Below, piece by piece: positions 1 through 9,772 of a stretch of DNA of 64,000 nt. The notes under the pieces were generated by a model that was given only the letters and a program-made list of their open reading frames with translations, did no database searches and was not told where the DNA came from. The first letter of the stretch is position 1. Each line of letters begins with the position of its first letter. Source of the DNA: Candidatus Eiseniibacteriota bacterium (GTDB taxonomy: Bacteria; Eisenbacteria; RBG-16-71-46; JABDJR01); the NCBI GenBank assembly GCA_963783375.1, contig CAWANH010000029.1:1056001-1120000 (forward strand), given 5' to 3'. The position numbers were made by a program, and so were the translations under genes.

Positions 1-329
1 AGGGACCCCAGGAGCACCGAGGCCACTCCCTGGGCCAGGGGCACGTCGGTGTGGGTCTCGGTCCAGAGCACCGAACCCGCCACCGGCGCGTTGTAGAGGC
101 GGAAGGTCAACTTGACCGGGCCGGCCAGGGGATTGCCCGCGGGATCGGTGAAGCGTCCCTGGTACTGGAGAAGCTTGGGGGCGACCTGGGGGGAAAGCGC
201 CTCTTCGGCGCCGGCCTCCGGCCCGGAGACGGCGCCGCCTTCCGGTGCGGCGGCTCCCGGAGCCGCTCCGGCGCGAACCGGGGCCAGGAGAAAGAGAACG
301 AAGACGAACATGAACGGTCGGGCTCGCAT
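1..329 (-). CDS. Secreted protein, paralogue of 359..2323 (partial, runs off left edge)
   Basis: Manual translation from ATG at 329: MRARPFMFVFVLFLLAPVRAG...LLQYQGRFTDPAGNPLAGPVKLTFRLY...LWTETHTDVPLAQGVASVLLGS. It has a signal peptide and a GAGGGAG RBS, and matches the N-terminal domain of the next gene. Confidence 0.85.
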   Translation of the reverse strand, partial: MRARPFMFVFVLFLLAPVRAGAAPGAAAPEGGAVSGPEAGAEEALSPQVAPKLLQYQGRFTDPAGNPLAGPVKLTFRLYNAPVAGSVLWTETHTDVPLAQGVASVLLGS

Positions 330-358
330 GGTACTCCCTCGATCCGCGGGTCCGGTGA

Positions 359-2323
359 TCAGTGCGGCCGGCTCACGGTGTAGGTCACCCGGACGGAAAG
401 AACCCTCAGCTTGTCCCCCTGGGGGGTGCTGGGAAAATCGGCCACGAGCCAGTAGACGAACTCGTTGTCGTCCACCCCGGTCTCCGCGATGGTGGCGTCG
501 CTCCCCGACCTCCAGCCCGTGCTCTGCCCCTGGCTCTCCACCGACGCGATCTTGAGGGGGGAACCGTCGGTCTGAAGGGCCCGCCACAGGGAGATCTCCA
601 TCAGCGACGCGCTGTCGTCCCAGTAGGTCACGTGGAAGCCGGTGATCTGTGCGCCGTCGGGGATCTGGACGGAGGCGGTGAACTTGTCCTGGGCGCCCAC
701 GTTGCTGAGCGAGTCCACATAGACGTACCCGCCGGCGGGGACCACGGTGAACTTCCCCACCGGGGTGACCGGCCGGAAGGCCGCTCCCGAAACCGCCACC
801 GCGGTGGTCACCGGAAGCCAGTTCGGGCTCGACTGGGACACGAACCGGCCGTCGTATGCGCTCCCCGAGAAGTACGACGGGCTCAGGCTGACCGACGATC
901 CGCTCACCTGGATCCCCTGCCCCGCTCCCACCGCGAGGGTGATGTCGCCGCTCTGTCCGCCTCCGGAAAGCCCTCCGGCCACGTTCACCGCGGTGACGTC
1001 CCCCACCGTGAAGCCCATGTCTCCGGGCTGGACGGTGCCGTCGGCGATCTGGGTCGAGGTCACCGAGCCCGCGGCGAGATCCTCGGCCAACAACGACCCG
1101 TCCTTGACGTCGATGGTGGTGAGGGTCCCGTCCAGGATGTCTCCGCTCCGGATCGAGTCGTCGGTGATGTTGTCGCCGGTGATCGTCTCCAATGCGATCT
1201 TGTCTCCGGTGACTGCGCCCGGGGAGAGCTTCTGCCCGGTGATGGTCTGGTTGGCCATGTCGAACCCGGTCACGGTGAAGTCCTGCAACGCGGCCCCGGT
1301 CACCGCCCCCGGCGCGAGCTCGCGGGCGGTGACGCTCCCGGACCGGAGGTGGGAGCCGTCGAGGGTGGCCGGCGCGACCTTGATCCCGGTGATCGTGCTG
1401 TCGGCAAGGTCCACCGCGGTGATCGTGCTGTCCACGATGTCCGCTCCGGTGACCGGGCCCCCCGTCCCTCCGCTCCCGGTGTTGTCCACCCCGTCGGCGA
1501 AATCGGTGGGCACGTTCACCAGGTTGTTCCAGCTCACCAGGTTCGCCCCCTGGTTGGGAGGGGTCCCGTCCGAGGCGGCGGCCTGGTTCCGGAGCAGGTA
1601 CTGGGGATGGTCGTCGTCCAGCAACCCGGTGAGCTGGCCGTGATCGGTCACCCCGCGTCCGGTGTCGTCCACCGCGTCGGCGAAGCCGGCGGGAACGTCG
1701 CCGAGATTCATCCAGCTCACCCGGTTCGAGCCCTGGTTGGCCGGGGTTCCGTCGGGGAGCCGGAGCGAGTCGGCCAAGGCGGCCGCCGCCCCCGCGTTCT
1801 CGAAGCTCCCGGCGTCCCGGCCGTCCACCCGGTCGGCCTCCAACGCGTAGGGCACCGAGGTGACGGCAAGTCGAGGCGCCAGCACCGTGCCGCCGACCTC
1901 GATCTCCAGGTAGCGCTGGGCGGCGCTGAACGCGTTCTCCGGGAGGGAGACCAGGCTCCCCAGGAGCACCGCGGCCACGCCCTCGTTCAGGGCCACCCCG
2001 TCGTGCTCCTCGGTCCAGAGCGCGCTGCCTCCGGCGGGGAGCACGAAGAGCCGGAAGACGAGATCGACCGGTCCGGCCAGGGGCTTTCCCGCCTCGTCGG
2101 TGAACCGTCCCTGGTAGTTGAGCACCGAGGGGGAGGTGGCCGGGGCGCCCGCCGGGGGCGACACCGCCGCGGGCGCGCCCGTGGCGCCGCTCGCGGGCTC
2201 CGAGGCCTCGGTAGTTCCCGCCGCCAGCATGGTTCCCAGCGCCAGAAGCGTGATGGTTCCGGAAAGGAGGCGGGCCGACGTCGTGCCGGGGTCCCGCCGG
2301 CGGAGCACGGAAGCGATTCTCAT
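359..2323 (-). CDS. Secreted fibre/adhesin-like repeat protein (654 aa)
   Basis: Signal peptide, NYQGRFTD domain, duplicated DGTPxNQGxNxVSW...FADxVD module, HGQLTGLLDDDHPQYL motif, and a long run of about 10-aa (I/V)TxxxLxxxx repeats. Confidence 0.75.
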   Translation of the reverse strand: MRIASVLRRRDPGTTSARLLSGTITLLALGTMLAAGTTEASEPASGATGAPAAVSPPAGAPATSPSVLNYQGRFTDEAGKPLAGPVDLVFRLFVLPAGGSALWTEEHDGVALNEGVAAVLLGSLVSLPENAFSAAQRYLEIEVGGTVLAPRLAVTSVPYALEADRVDGRDAGSFENAGAAAALADSLRLPDGTPANQGSNRVSWMNLGDVPAGFADAVDDTGRGVTDHGQLTGLLDDDHPQYLLRNQAAASDGTPPNQGANLVSWNNLVNVPTDFADGVDNTGSGGTGGPVTGADIVDSTITAVDLADSTITGIKVAPATLDGSHLRSGSVTARELAPGAVTGAALQDFTVTGFDMANQTITGQKLSPGAVTGDKIALETITGDNITDDSIRSGDILDGTLTTIDVKDGSLLAEDLAAGSVTSTQIADGTVQPGDMGFTVGDVTAVNVAGGLSGGGQSGDITLAVGAGQGIQVSGSSVSLSPSYFSGSAYDGRFVSQSSPNWLPVTTAVAVSGAAFRPVTPVGKFTVVPAGGYVYVDSLSNVGAQDKFTASVQIPDGAQITGFHVTYWDDSASLMEISLWRALQTDGSPLKIASVESQGQSTGWRSGSDATIAETGVDDNEFVYWLVADFPSTPQGDKLRVLSVRVTYTVSRPH

Positions 2324-3093
2324 GGGAGCCTCACCACTTTCTGAACGTCGCGGACCTCACCCGCCCGGACCTCGAGGAAGTAGATTCCGCGGGCGGTGGC
2401 CGCGGGCGGCGTCACCGCCACCGCGTGGGTTCCGGCAGGGATGCGGCCGAGGTCTCCCCCGGCTACCTCGGCGCCCCGGATGTCGAAGAGCCTCCAGTGC
2501 ACCGGGGCTTCGACCGGCAAGGCGAAGGTGAGAACGAAGGCCTCCCGGAACGGGTTGGGGGAGGCGGCCAGAACCCGCGGGGTGGTGGAAAGCGATTCCC
2601 GGTCCAGGGTCACCGTCCAGGGGCCGAGGACCTCCTCGCCGCCGTCCCGGAGCCGGGCGCGAAGGCGGTAGCGATAGGTGGCGCCGGCCTCCACCCCGGT
2701 GTCCAGGTAGCGGTGGGGTCCGGGTCCGTCGAATGTGAGACCCACCGAGGCGTAGTCGGAGGGGATCCCGCCCGCGACCCGCGCCCGCTCCAGCCGGAAG
2801 AAGGCCACCCGCTCATCCTCGGGAACCCGCCACGAGATGGACACCCCGTCTGCTTCCACGGTGAGCTGGAGCGCGGTCAACAGCACCGGGGTGGGGATCC
2901 CGATCCCGTAGAGGAGCCCGGTCTGGACGCTGACTCCGGTCCCGGCGCTGGTCCCGGCGAAGGGAAGGCCGAAGGTGTCCTGGACGTGGATCGTGCCCCC
3001 GGCGCGGTCGCCGCCCCCGGCATCGAGACCGCCGGCAGCGTAGGCGGTGACCGGGAACACGAGGATCAGGAGCGCGAGCAGGATTGGGCGCAT
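2320..3093 (-). CDS. Secreted protein with FN3-like region and FlgD-Ig/T9SS-A-like C-terminal sorting domain
   Basis: MRPILLALLIL signal peptide, PTPVLL...YLDTGV...YRYRL region, and C-terminal PNPF...FDIRG...GIYFL...KVVRL. Overlaps the next gene by 4 bp. Confidence 0.75.
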   Translation of the reverse strand: MRPILLALLILVFPVTAYAAGGLDAGGGDRAGGTIHVQDTFGLPFAGTSAGTGVSVQTGLLYGIGIPTPVLLTALQLTVEADGVSISWRVPEDERVAFFRLERARVAGGIPSDYASVGLTFDGPGPHRYLDTGVEAGATYRYRLRARLRDGGEEVLGPWTVTLDRESLSTTPRVLAASPNPFREAFVLTFALPVEAPVHWRLFDIRGAEVAGGDLGRIPAGTHAVAVTPPAATARGIYFLEVRAGEVRDVQKVVRLP

Positions 3094-3207
3094 GAGCAGG
3101 GTTCCGTCCGGTAGCGGTCCCGGCTGGGCCAGTTCGCGAGCCGGGAGCCTAAGCTCAAAAAACAAGCCGAGATAGTGTGGATTCCATCGAGGACGATGTC
3201 AAGGCGA

Positions 3208-3708
3208 TCAGGGCTCCCCGTCGTCCTCGATCGATTCCCGGAGGGCTTTCCGGGCGGTCTCGAAGTCGAACCCCCGCCGGAGGAGGAACTGCTCGGCCTT
3301 CCGGCGCCGCTCCGGCGCGGGACGGCCGGCCAGGGCCCGGAGCTTCGCCGCCACCGCGCGGCGGGCCGAGGCCACCGGGTCCTCGGTCTCCTCCAGCTCC
3401 GCCAGGGCCCGGTCGATCACCTCCCGGGCCACCCCGCGGGCGGCGAGGTCGGCGGCGAGACCGCGGGCGCCCCGGGGCCGCGACCGCTGGCGCGAGGCGA
3501 GGAAGGCCCGGGCGAAGGCGAGGTCGTCCACCAGATCGACTTCGACCAGCCGATCGAGGACCCGGGCCGCGACCTCGGTCGCCACCCCCTTCCGGTAGAG
3601 CTTCCGCTCCAGCTCGCGGCGCGAGTTCATGCGCCGCTCCAGGGCGCGAAGGCAGATCTCCCGGGCGCGCTCTTCGGATGGGAGCCCGCCGTCTCGTTCC
3701 TCGCTCAT
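3208..3708 (-). CDS. recX: Recombination regulator RecX
   Basis: SRRELERKL, VDDLAFA, RGARGLAADL and FLLRRGF motifs; lies directly downstream of recA. Confidence 0.9.
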   Translation of the reverse strand: MSEERDGGLPSEERAREICLRALERRMNSRRELERKLYRKGVATEVAARVLDRLVEVDLVDDLAFARAFLASRQRSRPRGARGLAADLAARGVAREVIDRALAELEETEDPVASARRAVAAKLRALAGRPAPERRRKAEQFLLRRGFDFETARKALRESIEDDGEP

Positions 3709-3788
3709 GCCCCTTTCCTTCCGGACGGGAGTCGGCCCCCTGGTGTGCCGGCGCGCGGGGGGACGGCTTCACCAACCCCGCAACAGCG

Positions 3789-3813
3789 AAAAGCGAACCC
3801 CGCGGGGTTCGCT
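3789..3813 (-). terminator. Intrinsic terminator between recA and recX
   Basis: AGCGAACCCCGCGGGGTTCGCT inverted repeat followed by TTTT on the minus strand. Confidence 0.65.
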
Positions 3814-3850
3814 CCTCGACTTGGATCCTTCGACCGCGGAGCGTCCCCGG

Positions 3851-4990
3851 TCAGGCCCGGGACCTGGCCGTCCGCCGGCCGTTCTGCTTGTCCCGCTCCT
3901 CGGACGCTTCGTCGGAGGCGGATTCCTCCCGGGGCGCGGGCGCAGCGCCGCCGGCGAGAGCCGGGATCCCCAGGCTCTCGCGAATCTTGATCTCGAGATC
4001 GTCCATGATCTCCGGGTGCTCCTTGAGGAAGTTCCGGGCGTTCTCGCGCCCCTGCCCCATCCGCTCGCTGTTGTAGGAGAACCAGGTTCCCGACTTCTCG
4101 ACCAGGTTCCGGTCCACCGCGAGATCGAGGATCTCGCCGGTCCGGGAAATCCCCTCGTCGTAGTAGATGTCGAACTCGATCACCTTGAAGGGCGCGGCCA
4201 CCTTGTTCTTGGCCACCTTGACCTTCACCCGGTTCCCCACCACCTGGTCCCGGTCCTTGATGCTGGCGATCCGGCGGATGTCGAGCCGGACCGAGGCGTA
4301 GAACTTCAGCGCGTTGCCGCCGCTGGTGGTTTCCGGGTTCCCGAACATCACCCCGATCTTCATGCGAAGCTGGTTGATGAAGATGACGCAGGTGTGGGAC
4401 TTGGAGACCGATCCGGTGAGCTTGCGCAGGGCCTGGCTCATGAGCCGGGCCTGAAGCCCCACGTGGCTGTCCCCCATCTCCCCCTCGATCTCCGCCTTGG
4501 GCACCAGGGCGGCTACCGAGTCCACCACCACCACGTCCACCGCGCCCGAGCGCACGAGCTGGTCGGTGATCTCCAGCGCCTCTTCCCCGGTGTCCGGCTG
4601 GGAGACGTGGAGGTTGTCCAGGTCCACCCCGATGGTCTGGGCGAACTCCGCCGGGAAGGCGTGCTCGGCGTCGATGAACACCGCCGCGCCTCCCAGTTTC
4701 TGGGCCCGCGCGATGATGGTCAGGGCCAGGGTGGTCTTCCCGCTCGCTTCCGGGCCGTAGATCTCCACCACCCGGCCGCGGGGCACGCCGCCGATCCCCA
4801 GGGCGTGGTCGAGCCCGAGGGACCCGGTGGGGATGGAGGGAACCTTCACCGCCCGCTCCGACCCCAGCTTCATGATCGAACCCTTGCCGAACTGCTTCTC
4901 GATCTGGGAGACCGCCAACTCCAGGGCTTTCGCCTTTTCCTTGCTCATTCCTTGGTCCACCTTCGTGCCCTTCTGGGCTTCCTTGGTCAT
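3851..4990 (-). CDS. recA: Recombinase RecA
   Basis: [20 protein letters not shown] Walker [13 protein letters not shown] and [12 protein letters not shown] motifs. Confidence 0.99.
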   Translation of the reverse strand: MTKEAQKGTKVDQGMSKEKAKALELAVSQIEKQFGKGSIMKLGSERAVKVPSIPTGSLGLDHALGIGGVPRGRVVEIYGPEASGKTTLALTIIARAQKLGGAAVFIDAEHAFPAEFAQTIGVDLDNLHVSQPDTGEEALEITDQLVRSGAVDVVVVDSVAALVPKAEIEGEMGDSHVGLQARLMSQALRKLTGSVSKSHTCVIFINQLRMKIGVMFGNPETTSGGNALKFYASVRLDIRRIASIKDRDQVVGNRVKVKVAKNKVAAPFKVIEFDIYYDEGISRTGEILDLAVDRNLVEKSGTWFSYNSERMGQGRENARNFLKEHPEIMDDLEIKIRESLGIPALAGGAAPAPREESASDEASEERDKQNGRRTARSRA

Positions 4991-5113
4991 GATCGTGACT
5001 CCTCGACGGGCTTGACGTGCCCCGGGCTATGACGCCCGTGGACTGTGCCCAGGTCGGGCGCGTGGGTATTGGTGGGAAAGTCGGGTAGCCGTGAAGCCTG
5101 ACGGGAGTTTCCC

Positions 5114-5142
5114 ACGGTAATGGGGAGCGTTCCCGGTGTCAA
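5114..5142 (-). promoter_or_regulatory. Sigma70-type recA promoter
   Basis: TTGACA-N17-TACCGT on the minus strand, about 125 bp upstream of the recA ATG. Confidence 0.55.
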
Positions 5143-5227
5143 CCGGGTTTCGGGGCGGGGCTCTCGCTCCCCGGCCGGGGTTGCCGTATTCTCGGCCCGG
5201 GCGTCCTCGAGCGCCCGCGGAGGGCCC

Positions 5228-6697
5228 ATGACGAAGGACGAGCAGGACATCGTGGTCATCGGCGGCGGCGCGGCCGGCCTCACCGCCGCCGGCATCTGCG
5301 CCTCCTTCGGGGCGCGCACCCTCCTGGTCGAGAAGCGCCGCCTGGGGGGCGATTGCACCTGGACCGGCTGCATCCCTTCCAAGACCCTCCTCCATGCCGC
5401 TCACGCCCACGCCGCGGAGCGCGACACCGGAGCCCCGGTGGATTTTTCCCGCCTGATGGAGCACGTCCGGGCGGTCCGCCGGCGGGTCTACGAGGAAGCG
5501 GATTCCCCCGAGATCCTCGCCCGGCGCGGGGTGGCGGTGGCGTTCGGAGAGGCGGCCTTCGCCGGCTCCCGCGCCCTTCGCATCCGCTCCGAGGCCTCGG
5601 AGCGGACGGTGCGGTTCCGCGCGGCGGTGATCGCCACCGGAAGCACCCCCGCCGTGCCCGGGATCCCGGGCCTCCGCGAGGCCGGCTTCCTCACCAACGA
5701 GACCCTCTTCGAGTTGAACGCGCTTCCCCGCCGGCTGGCCGTCCTGGGGGGCGGGCCGGTGGGGGTCGAGACCGCCCAGGCCCTGGCGCGGCTCGGGTCC
5801 GAGGTCACCCTGGTCACCCGCGCCTCGCGACTCCTGCCCCGGGACGAGCCGGAGTGCGTCGAGGTACTCCAGAAACAACTCGAAGCCGATGGGGTCAAAC
5901 TATTTTACAACAGCACGTTCTGCTCTGTGGAACGCAAGCCGGAGGGACTGCGGATCGGGCTCGATCCCGGCGGGGATTCCCTGGTGGTGGACGCGGTGAT
6001 GGTGGCGGCAGGACGGAGGCCCGGGGTGGCCGGGTTGGAGCTGGAGCGCGCGGGCGTGCGATCGGCCGCGGATGGAATCCCGGTGGACCGCCGGTGCCGG
6101 ACCGCCGCCGGTCACGTGTTCGCGGTGGGGGACGTCACCGACTCCCTCCGCTTCACCCACGTGGCCGAGGACATGGCGCGGGCGGCGGCGATGAACGCGG
6201 TGCTCCGGCTCCCCCTCTTTCGCCGGGAGACCGGGGTCGTTCCCTGGGTCACCTACACCGACCCCGAGGTGGCCCACGTGGGGCGGAGCGCGGAGGAGTT
6301 GAGGGCGGCAGGGACCGCGTTCGAGACCCTCGCCTTTCCCTACTCCCGGATCGACCGCGCCGTGACCGAGGACGCGACGGCGGGGATGATCCTGGTGCAC
6401 GCGGTTCCGCCCCGGTTCGCCGGACTCGGGGGCGGGCGGATCCTGGGGGCGAGCGTGGCCGGCCGCCACGCCGGCGAGGCCATCGTGGAGCTGGCGGTGG
6501 CCATGAAGCACCGGATCGGCCTTCCCGCTCTGGCCCGCACCGTCCACCCCTACCCGACCTGGCTTCTCGGGGTGCGCCGCGCCGCCGATCAGACCCTCAT
6601 CCGGCGGCAGCGGCCGTGGATGTCCCGCCTGGTGCGGCGACTCTACGGCTATCGCGGGGAGATCCCGGCGGGAGTGGGCTCGGACGAGGTGCTCTGA
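5228..6697 (+). CDS. Class I pyridine nucleotide-disulfide oxidoreductase (Lpd/MerA-like)
   Basis: GGGAAG FAD motif, LGGDCTWTGCIPSK redox disulfide, GGGPVG NAD motif and HPYPT. Lacks the C-terminal Cys pair of MerA. Confidence 0.85.
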   Translation: MTKDEQDIVVIGGGAAGLTAAGICASFGARTLLVEKRRLGGDCTWTGCIPSKTLLHAAHAHAAERDTGAPVDFSRLMEHVRAVRRRVYEEADSPEILARRGVAVAFGEAAFAGSRALRIRSEASERTVRFRAAVIATGSTPAVPGIPGLREAGFLTNETLFELNALPRRLAVLGGGPVGVETAQALARLGSEVTLVTRASRLLPRDEPECVEVLQKQLEADGVKLFYNSTFCSVERKPEGLRIGLDPGGDSLVVDAVMVAAGRRPGVAGLELERAGVRSAADGIPVDRRCRTAAGHVFAVGDVTDSLRFTHVAEDMARAAAMNAVLRLPLFRRETGVVPWVTYTDPEVAHVGRSAEELRAAGTAFETLAFPYSRIDRAVTEDATAGMILVHAVPPRFAGLGGGRILGASVAGRHAGEAIVELAVAMKHRIGLPALARTVHPYPTWLLGVRRAADQTLIRRQRPWMSRLVRRLYGYRGEIPAGVGSDEVL

Positions 6698-6775
6698 GCC
6701 GGATCGGTCGGCGGGATCCCGGGAGACGGACACCGCGGCGGGGAGGAACGCCGGCCGGTGGGGCGGGCCTTCGCC

Positions 6776-7246
6776 TCAGCTCGCCGCCTCGTACCGCGTG
6801 CGCACCGCTTCCATGCGCTTCCGGTTCACCCCCAGGTCCGAGTGCCCGAGGCGCGAAGCGGATCGGAAGCGGATCAACCCGGCGCGGTGGTCGAAGCGGA
6901 ATTCCACGTCGTCGATGAAGCCGATCACCGGGGTGCGGAACTCCACGTGGAGGTAGTCGGGGTCGTTCCGGGCGATGCGGGTCCGGGGAGTGGCCCGGAT
7001 CACCGCCAGCAGGCGTTCCCGGGCCCGGGCGGGCGGGCCGTCGTAGGGAATCGGCTCCATGGCGTGGGCGGGGTCGGCGGCTTCGGTGCTCACGCAGTTG
7101 GGCGAGTCCGGGCAGGGAGCGAGCCGGCCGTCGCGGAGCCCAAGGCCCCGGGGAGTCGGCGCGGTCCTGGCCCACACCATGACGGCAAGGAAACCCGCGG
7201 CCAGAACGATCAGCGTCCAGAGCACGGCGCGGTTCGTGGAGGGCAC
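6776..7246 (-). CDS. DUF1499-type protein
   Basis: N-terminal TM helix, then CPDSPNCVS, GFIDDVEF and RSASRLGHSDLGVNRKR. Confidence 0.85.
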   Translation of the reverse strand: MPSTNRAVLWTLIVLAAGFLAVMVWARTAPTPRGLGLRDGRLAPCPDSPNCVSTEAADPAHAMEPIPYDGPPARARERLLAVIRATPRTRIARNDPDYLHVEFRTPVIGFIDDVEFRFDHRAGLIRFRSASRLGHSDLGVNRKRMEAVRTRYEAAS

Positions 7247-7289
7247 GGCGCGAGCTCCTTTCGCGGGGCCGGCGCGAACGCCGTCGCGC

Positions 7290-7862
7290 TCACTTCCCCG
7301 CCCCCCCGGCGAGGCTCGCGACGTGGAGCGGCTCGTAGATCGAGCCCCCCGGGGAGAGGGTGCTCCGGATCACCCCCACCTCGCTCACGGTGAAGGAGGC
7401 GACGGGACCCCGGCCGTCGCAGGCGGCGCGGGCCGCCTCCGGATCGAATTCCCGCGTGTCCCGCCAGCGCCCGAGGGTGAGATGCGGCTTGAACGGCTTG
7501 TCCGCTTTCCCGAGCCGCGCCTCCCGGAATCCCCGCTCCAGGGTGCGGGCCAGGGCCTCGAGGATGGGCCCTCCACGCCCGGCGCCTACCCAGAGCACCC
7601 GGGGCCGGCGCCAGTCCGGAAATACCCCGACCCCCTCCAGGGCCAGCTCGAAGGGCGCGGCGCCGGCGCCCACTGCGTCCAGGACCTCCCCCGCGCGGGA
7701 GGCCTCCTCCGCGGTCAGCTCCCCGAAGAAGCGGAGGGTGAAGTGGAGGTTCCTTTCGGCGGTCCACCGGAGCGCCCTCATCGCCGGCTCGAGGCCCCGC
7801 CGGAGTTCCCCGAGCGCATCCAGCACCGCCGGGGGCGGGAACACCGCCACGAAGGTGCGCAT
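7290..7862 (-). CDS. thpR: RNA 2',3'-cyclic phosphodiesterase (2H family)
   Basis: MRTFVAV start and two HxT motifs (HFTLRF, PHLTLGR). Confidence 0.9.
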   Translation of the reverse strand: MRTFVAVFPPPAVLDALGELRRGLEPAMRALRWTAERNLHFTLRFFGELTAEEASRAGEVLDAVGAGAAPFELALEGVGVFPDWRRPRVLWVGAGRGGPILEALARTLERGFREARLGKADKPFKPHLTLGRWRDTREFDPEAARAACDGRGPVASFTVSEVGVIRSTLSPGGSIYEPLHVASLAGGAGK

Positions 7863-7879
7863 GGTGTCGGACGCGCCGG

Positions 7880-8317
7880 TCACGACTTCCCGGACGTTCC
7901 GCCGGCGAGGGCCCGGCGGCGGCGCTCCTCGGTCCGGAGCCGGGCGGCGGTGAGCGTCTCCTCGGGGTCCACCGCATCGACCTCGGTCAGGAAGGCCACC
8001 GCGCCGCCTCCCTCGCGGCGAACCCGGTATTCCCGGCCGGCCGGATCGCGCTCCAGGTAACCGGCATCGACCAGCTCCCGCCGGAGGGCCACCCGGTCGA
8101 TTTCCAGGGGCCGTCCTACGGACTGGAGCCAGGCTTCCAGGAGCCCGTCCACTTCGCGCTCGGAGAGGGAGCGGTCGGGCGCCAGGTCCCGGGTCGCGCA
8201 CCGGAAGAGGATGTGCCGGTCCCGGGGCCGGCGCGGGAGCCACGGACCTCCCCCCGAACCGAGGAGCGCGACCAGGCGGCGTTTGAATTCCGGGGCGGTG
8301 ATCGGCGTGTTTTCCAC
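7880..8317 (-). CDS. DUF2087-type protein
   Basis: SEREVD...DRVALRRELVDAGYLERD...Y pattern. Confidence 0.7.
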   Translation of the reverse strand: MENTPITAPEFKRRLVALLGSGGGPWLPRRPRDRHILFRCATRDLAPDRSLSEREVDGLLEAWLQSVGRPLEIDRVALRRELVDAGYLERDPAGREYRVRREGGGAVAFLTEVDAVDPEETLTAARLRTEERRRRALAGGTSGKS

Positions 8318-8487
8318 GGACGGTTCCTCCTTCCGGGGAATCGAGAGGTATCGAGGCTCCGCGCCGCGGGGAGGATCCGAGGGCGCGGGAGCAGACGCTT
8401 CCAGTATGCCACGATCCGGGGGGCGGCGTCCGGACGGGCGCGCGGCCCTGCCATATCCGGATCGCAGCCGACTCTCGACCGATGGGC

Positions 8488-9732
8488 CTACTTCACGCCC
8501 AGAAGCACCAACCGGAGGCGATTCACGTCGGTGGCCACCGCGCGCTCCACCACCGTCCGGCGGTCGCCGGGGTAGGTGGAGCGATAGGCGCGGGTGCCGG
8601 TGGGGGCGGCGATCGCGCTCAGGACCAGGCCGACCGGCTTCTCGGGCGAGCCGCCGGTGGGGCCGGCGATTCCGGTGGTGGCCACCACCACGTCCACCCC
8701 GCTCCGGGCGCGAAGCCCCTCGGCCATGGCCCGGGCCACCGGCTCGCTCACCGCGCCGTGCTCGGCGATCAGGGCCTCAGGCACCCCCAGAAGCTCCACC
8801 TTGGCCCGGTTCGAATACGCCACCACCCCGCGGTCCACGTACCGGCTGGATCCGGAGACCGAGGTGAGATACGCGGCGATCGATCCGCCGGTGCAGGATT
8901 CCGCGGTGGCCACCGTCCAGCCACGCTGGACCAGGAGTTCCCCCACCACCCCGGCCAGATCCTCGTCGTCGGCGCCGTAGACGTAGGTGTCGAGACCCTC
9001 CCGGATCACCCGCTCCGCGGCCTCGAGGCGCCGCCGGGCGGTGGGGGTGTCGCCGGCGCGCGCGGTGAGCTTCAGGTTCACTCCCGGGGTCTGGGGATAG
9101 AACGCCAGTTCGACGTCCGCCAGCGTGTCGAAGATCGTCCCGTAGCGGGTGACCAGGTCCGACTCGCCGACCCCCTGGGTCTTGAGCACCCGGGTCATGA
9201 GCGCGCGAACCGGCCGGTGAGCGGTGAGCCAGGGGAGGATGGAGCCGTCGAGAATGGCCCGCATCTCCCGGGGAATCCCCGGAACCACGAAGAGCACCGA
9301 ACCCTCACGCTCCATCCGGAAGCCGGGGGCGGTGCCGGCGGGGTTGGGCAGGGGATCCGCCCCTTCGGGGAGGGTGATCTGGGTGAGGTTCACCTCGGGC
9401 ATGTCCCGCCGGCCAAAGCTCCGGAAGCGGGCCTCCAGCGCGGGGAGCAGCTCGTCGCGGCGCACGCGGCCCACCCCGAAGGCCCGGGCGATCCCATCCC
9501 GGGTCCGGTCGTCGGGGGTGGGGCCAAGCCCCCCGGTGACCACCACCACTTCGGCCCGGGCCATGGCCTCCCGCACTGCGGCGGCGATGGCGTCCTCCTC
9601 ATCGTCGACGGTCACGTGGCGGGAGAGAGCGATGCCCAGGCCCCTCAGGGCCCGGGCAAGGTCGCGGGCGTTGGTGTCGAGGATGTCCCCGGCCAGGATC
9701 TCCGCCCCGATGGTGAGGATCTCCGCGTTCAT
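8488..9732 (-). CDS. cinA: Competence/damage-inducible CinA (MoCF-binding plus NMN deamidase domains)
   Basis: AEILTIG..IL.G...DTN, GGLGPTPDDRT, AESCTGG, HGAVSE and TGIAGP motifs. Confidence 0.95.
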   Translation of the reverse strand: MNAEILTIGAEILAGDILDTNARDLARALRGLGIALSRHVTVDDEEDAIAAAVREAMARAEVVVVTGGLGPTPDDRTRDGIARAFGVGRVRRDELLPALEARFRSFGRRDMPEVNLTQITLPEGADPLPNPAGTAPGFRMEREGSVLFVVPGIPREMRAILDGSILPWLTAHRPVRALMTRVLKTQGVGESDLVTRYGTIFDTLADVELAFYPQTPGVNLKLTARAGDTPTARRRLEAAERVIREGLDTYVYGADDEDLAGVVGELLVQRGWTVATAESCTGGSIAAYLTSVSGSSRYVDRGVVAYSNRAKVELLGVPEALIAEHGAVSEPVARAMAEGLRARSGVDVVVATTGIAGPTGGSPEKPVGLVLSAIAAPTGTRAYRSTYPGDRRTVVERAVATDVNRLRLVLLGVK

Positions 9733-9772
9733 GTCGGCCTCTCGGCGCCCGGACCCGCGTTCTGGACCGTGA

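Noticed and set aside
5228-6697. merA mercury resistance
   Set aside because: No C-terminal Cys pair, no N-terminal HMA domain and no mer genes nearby.
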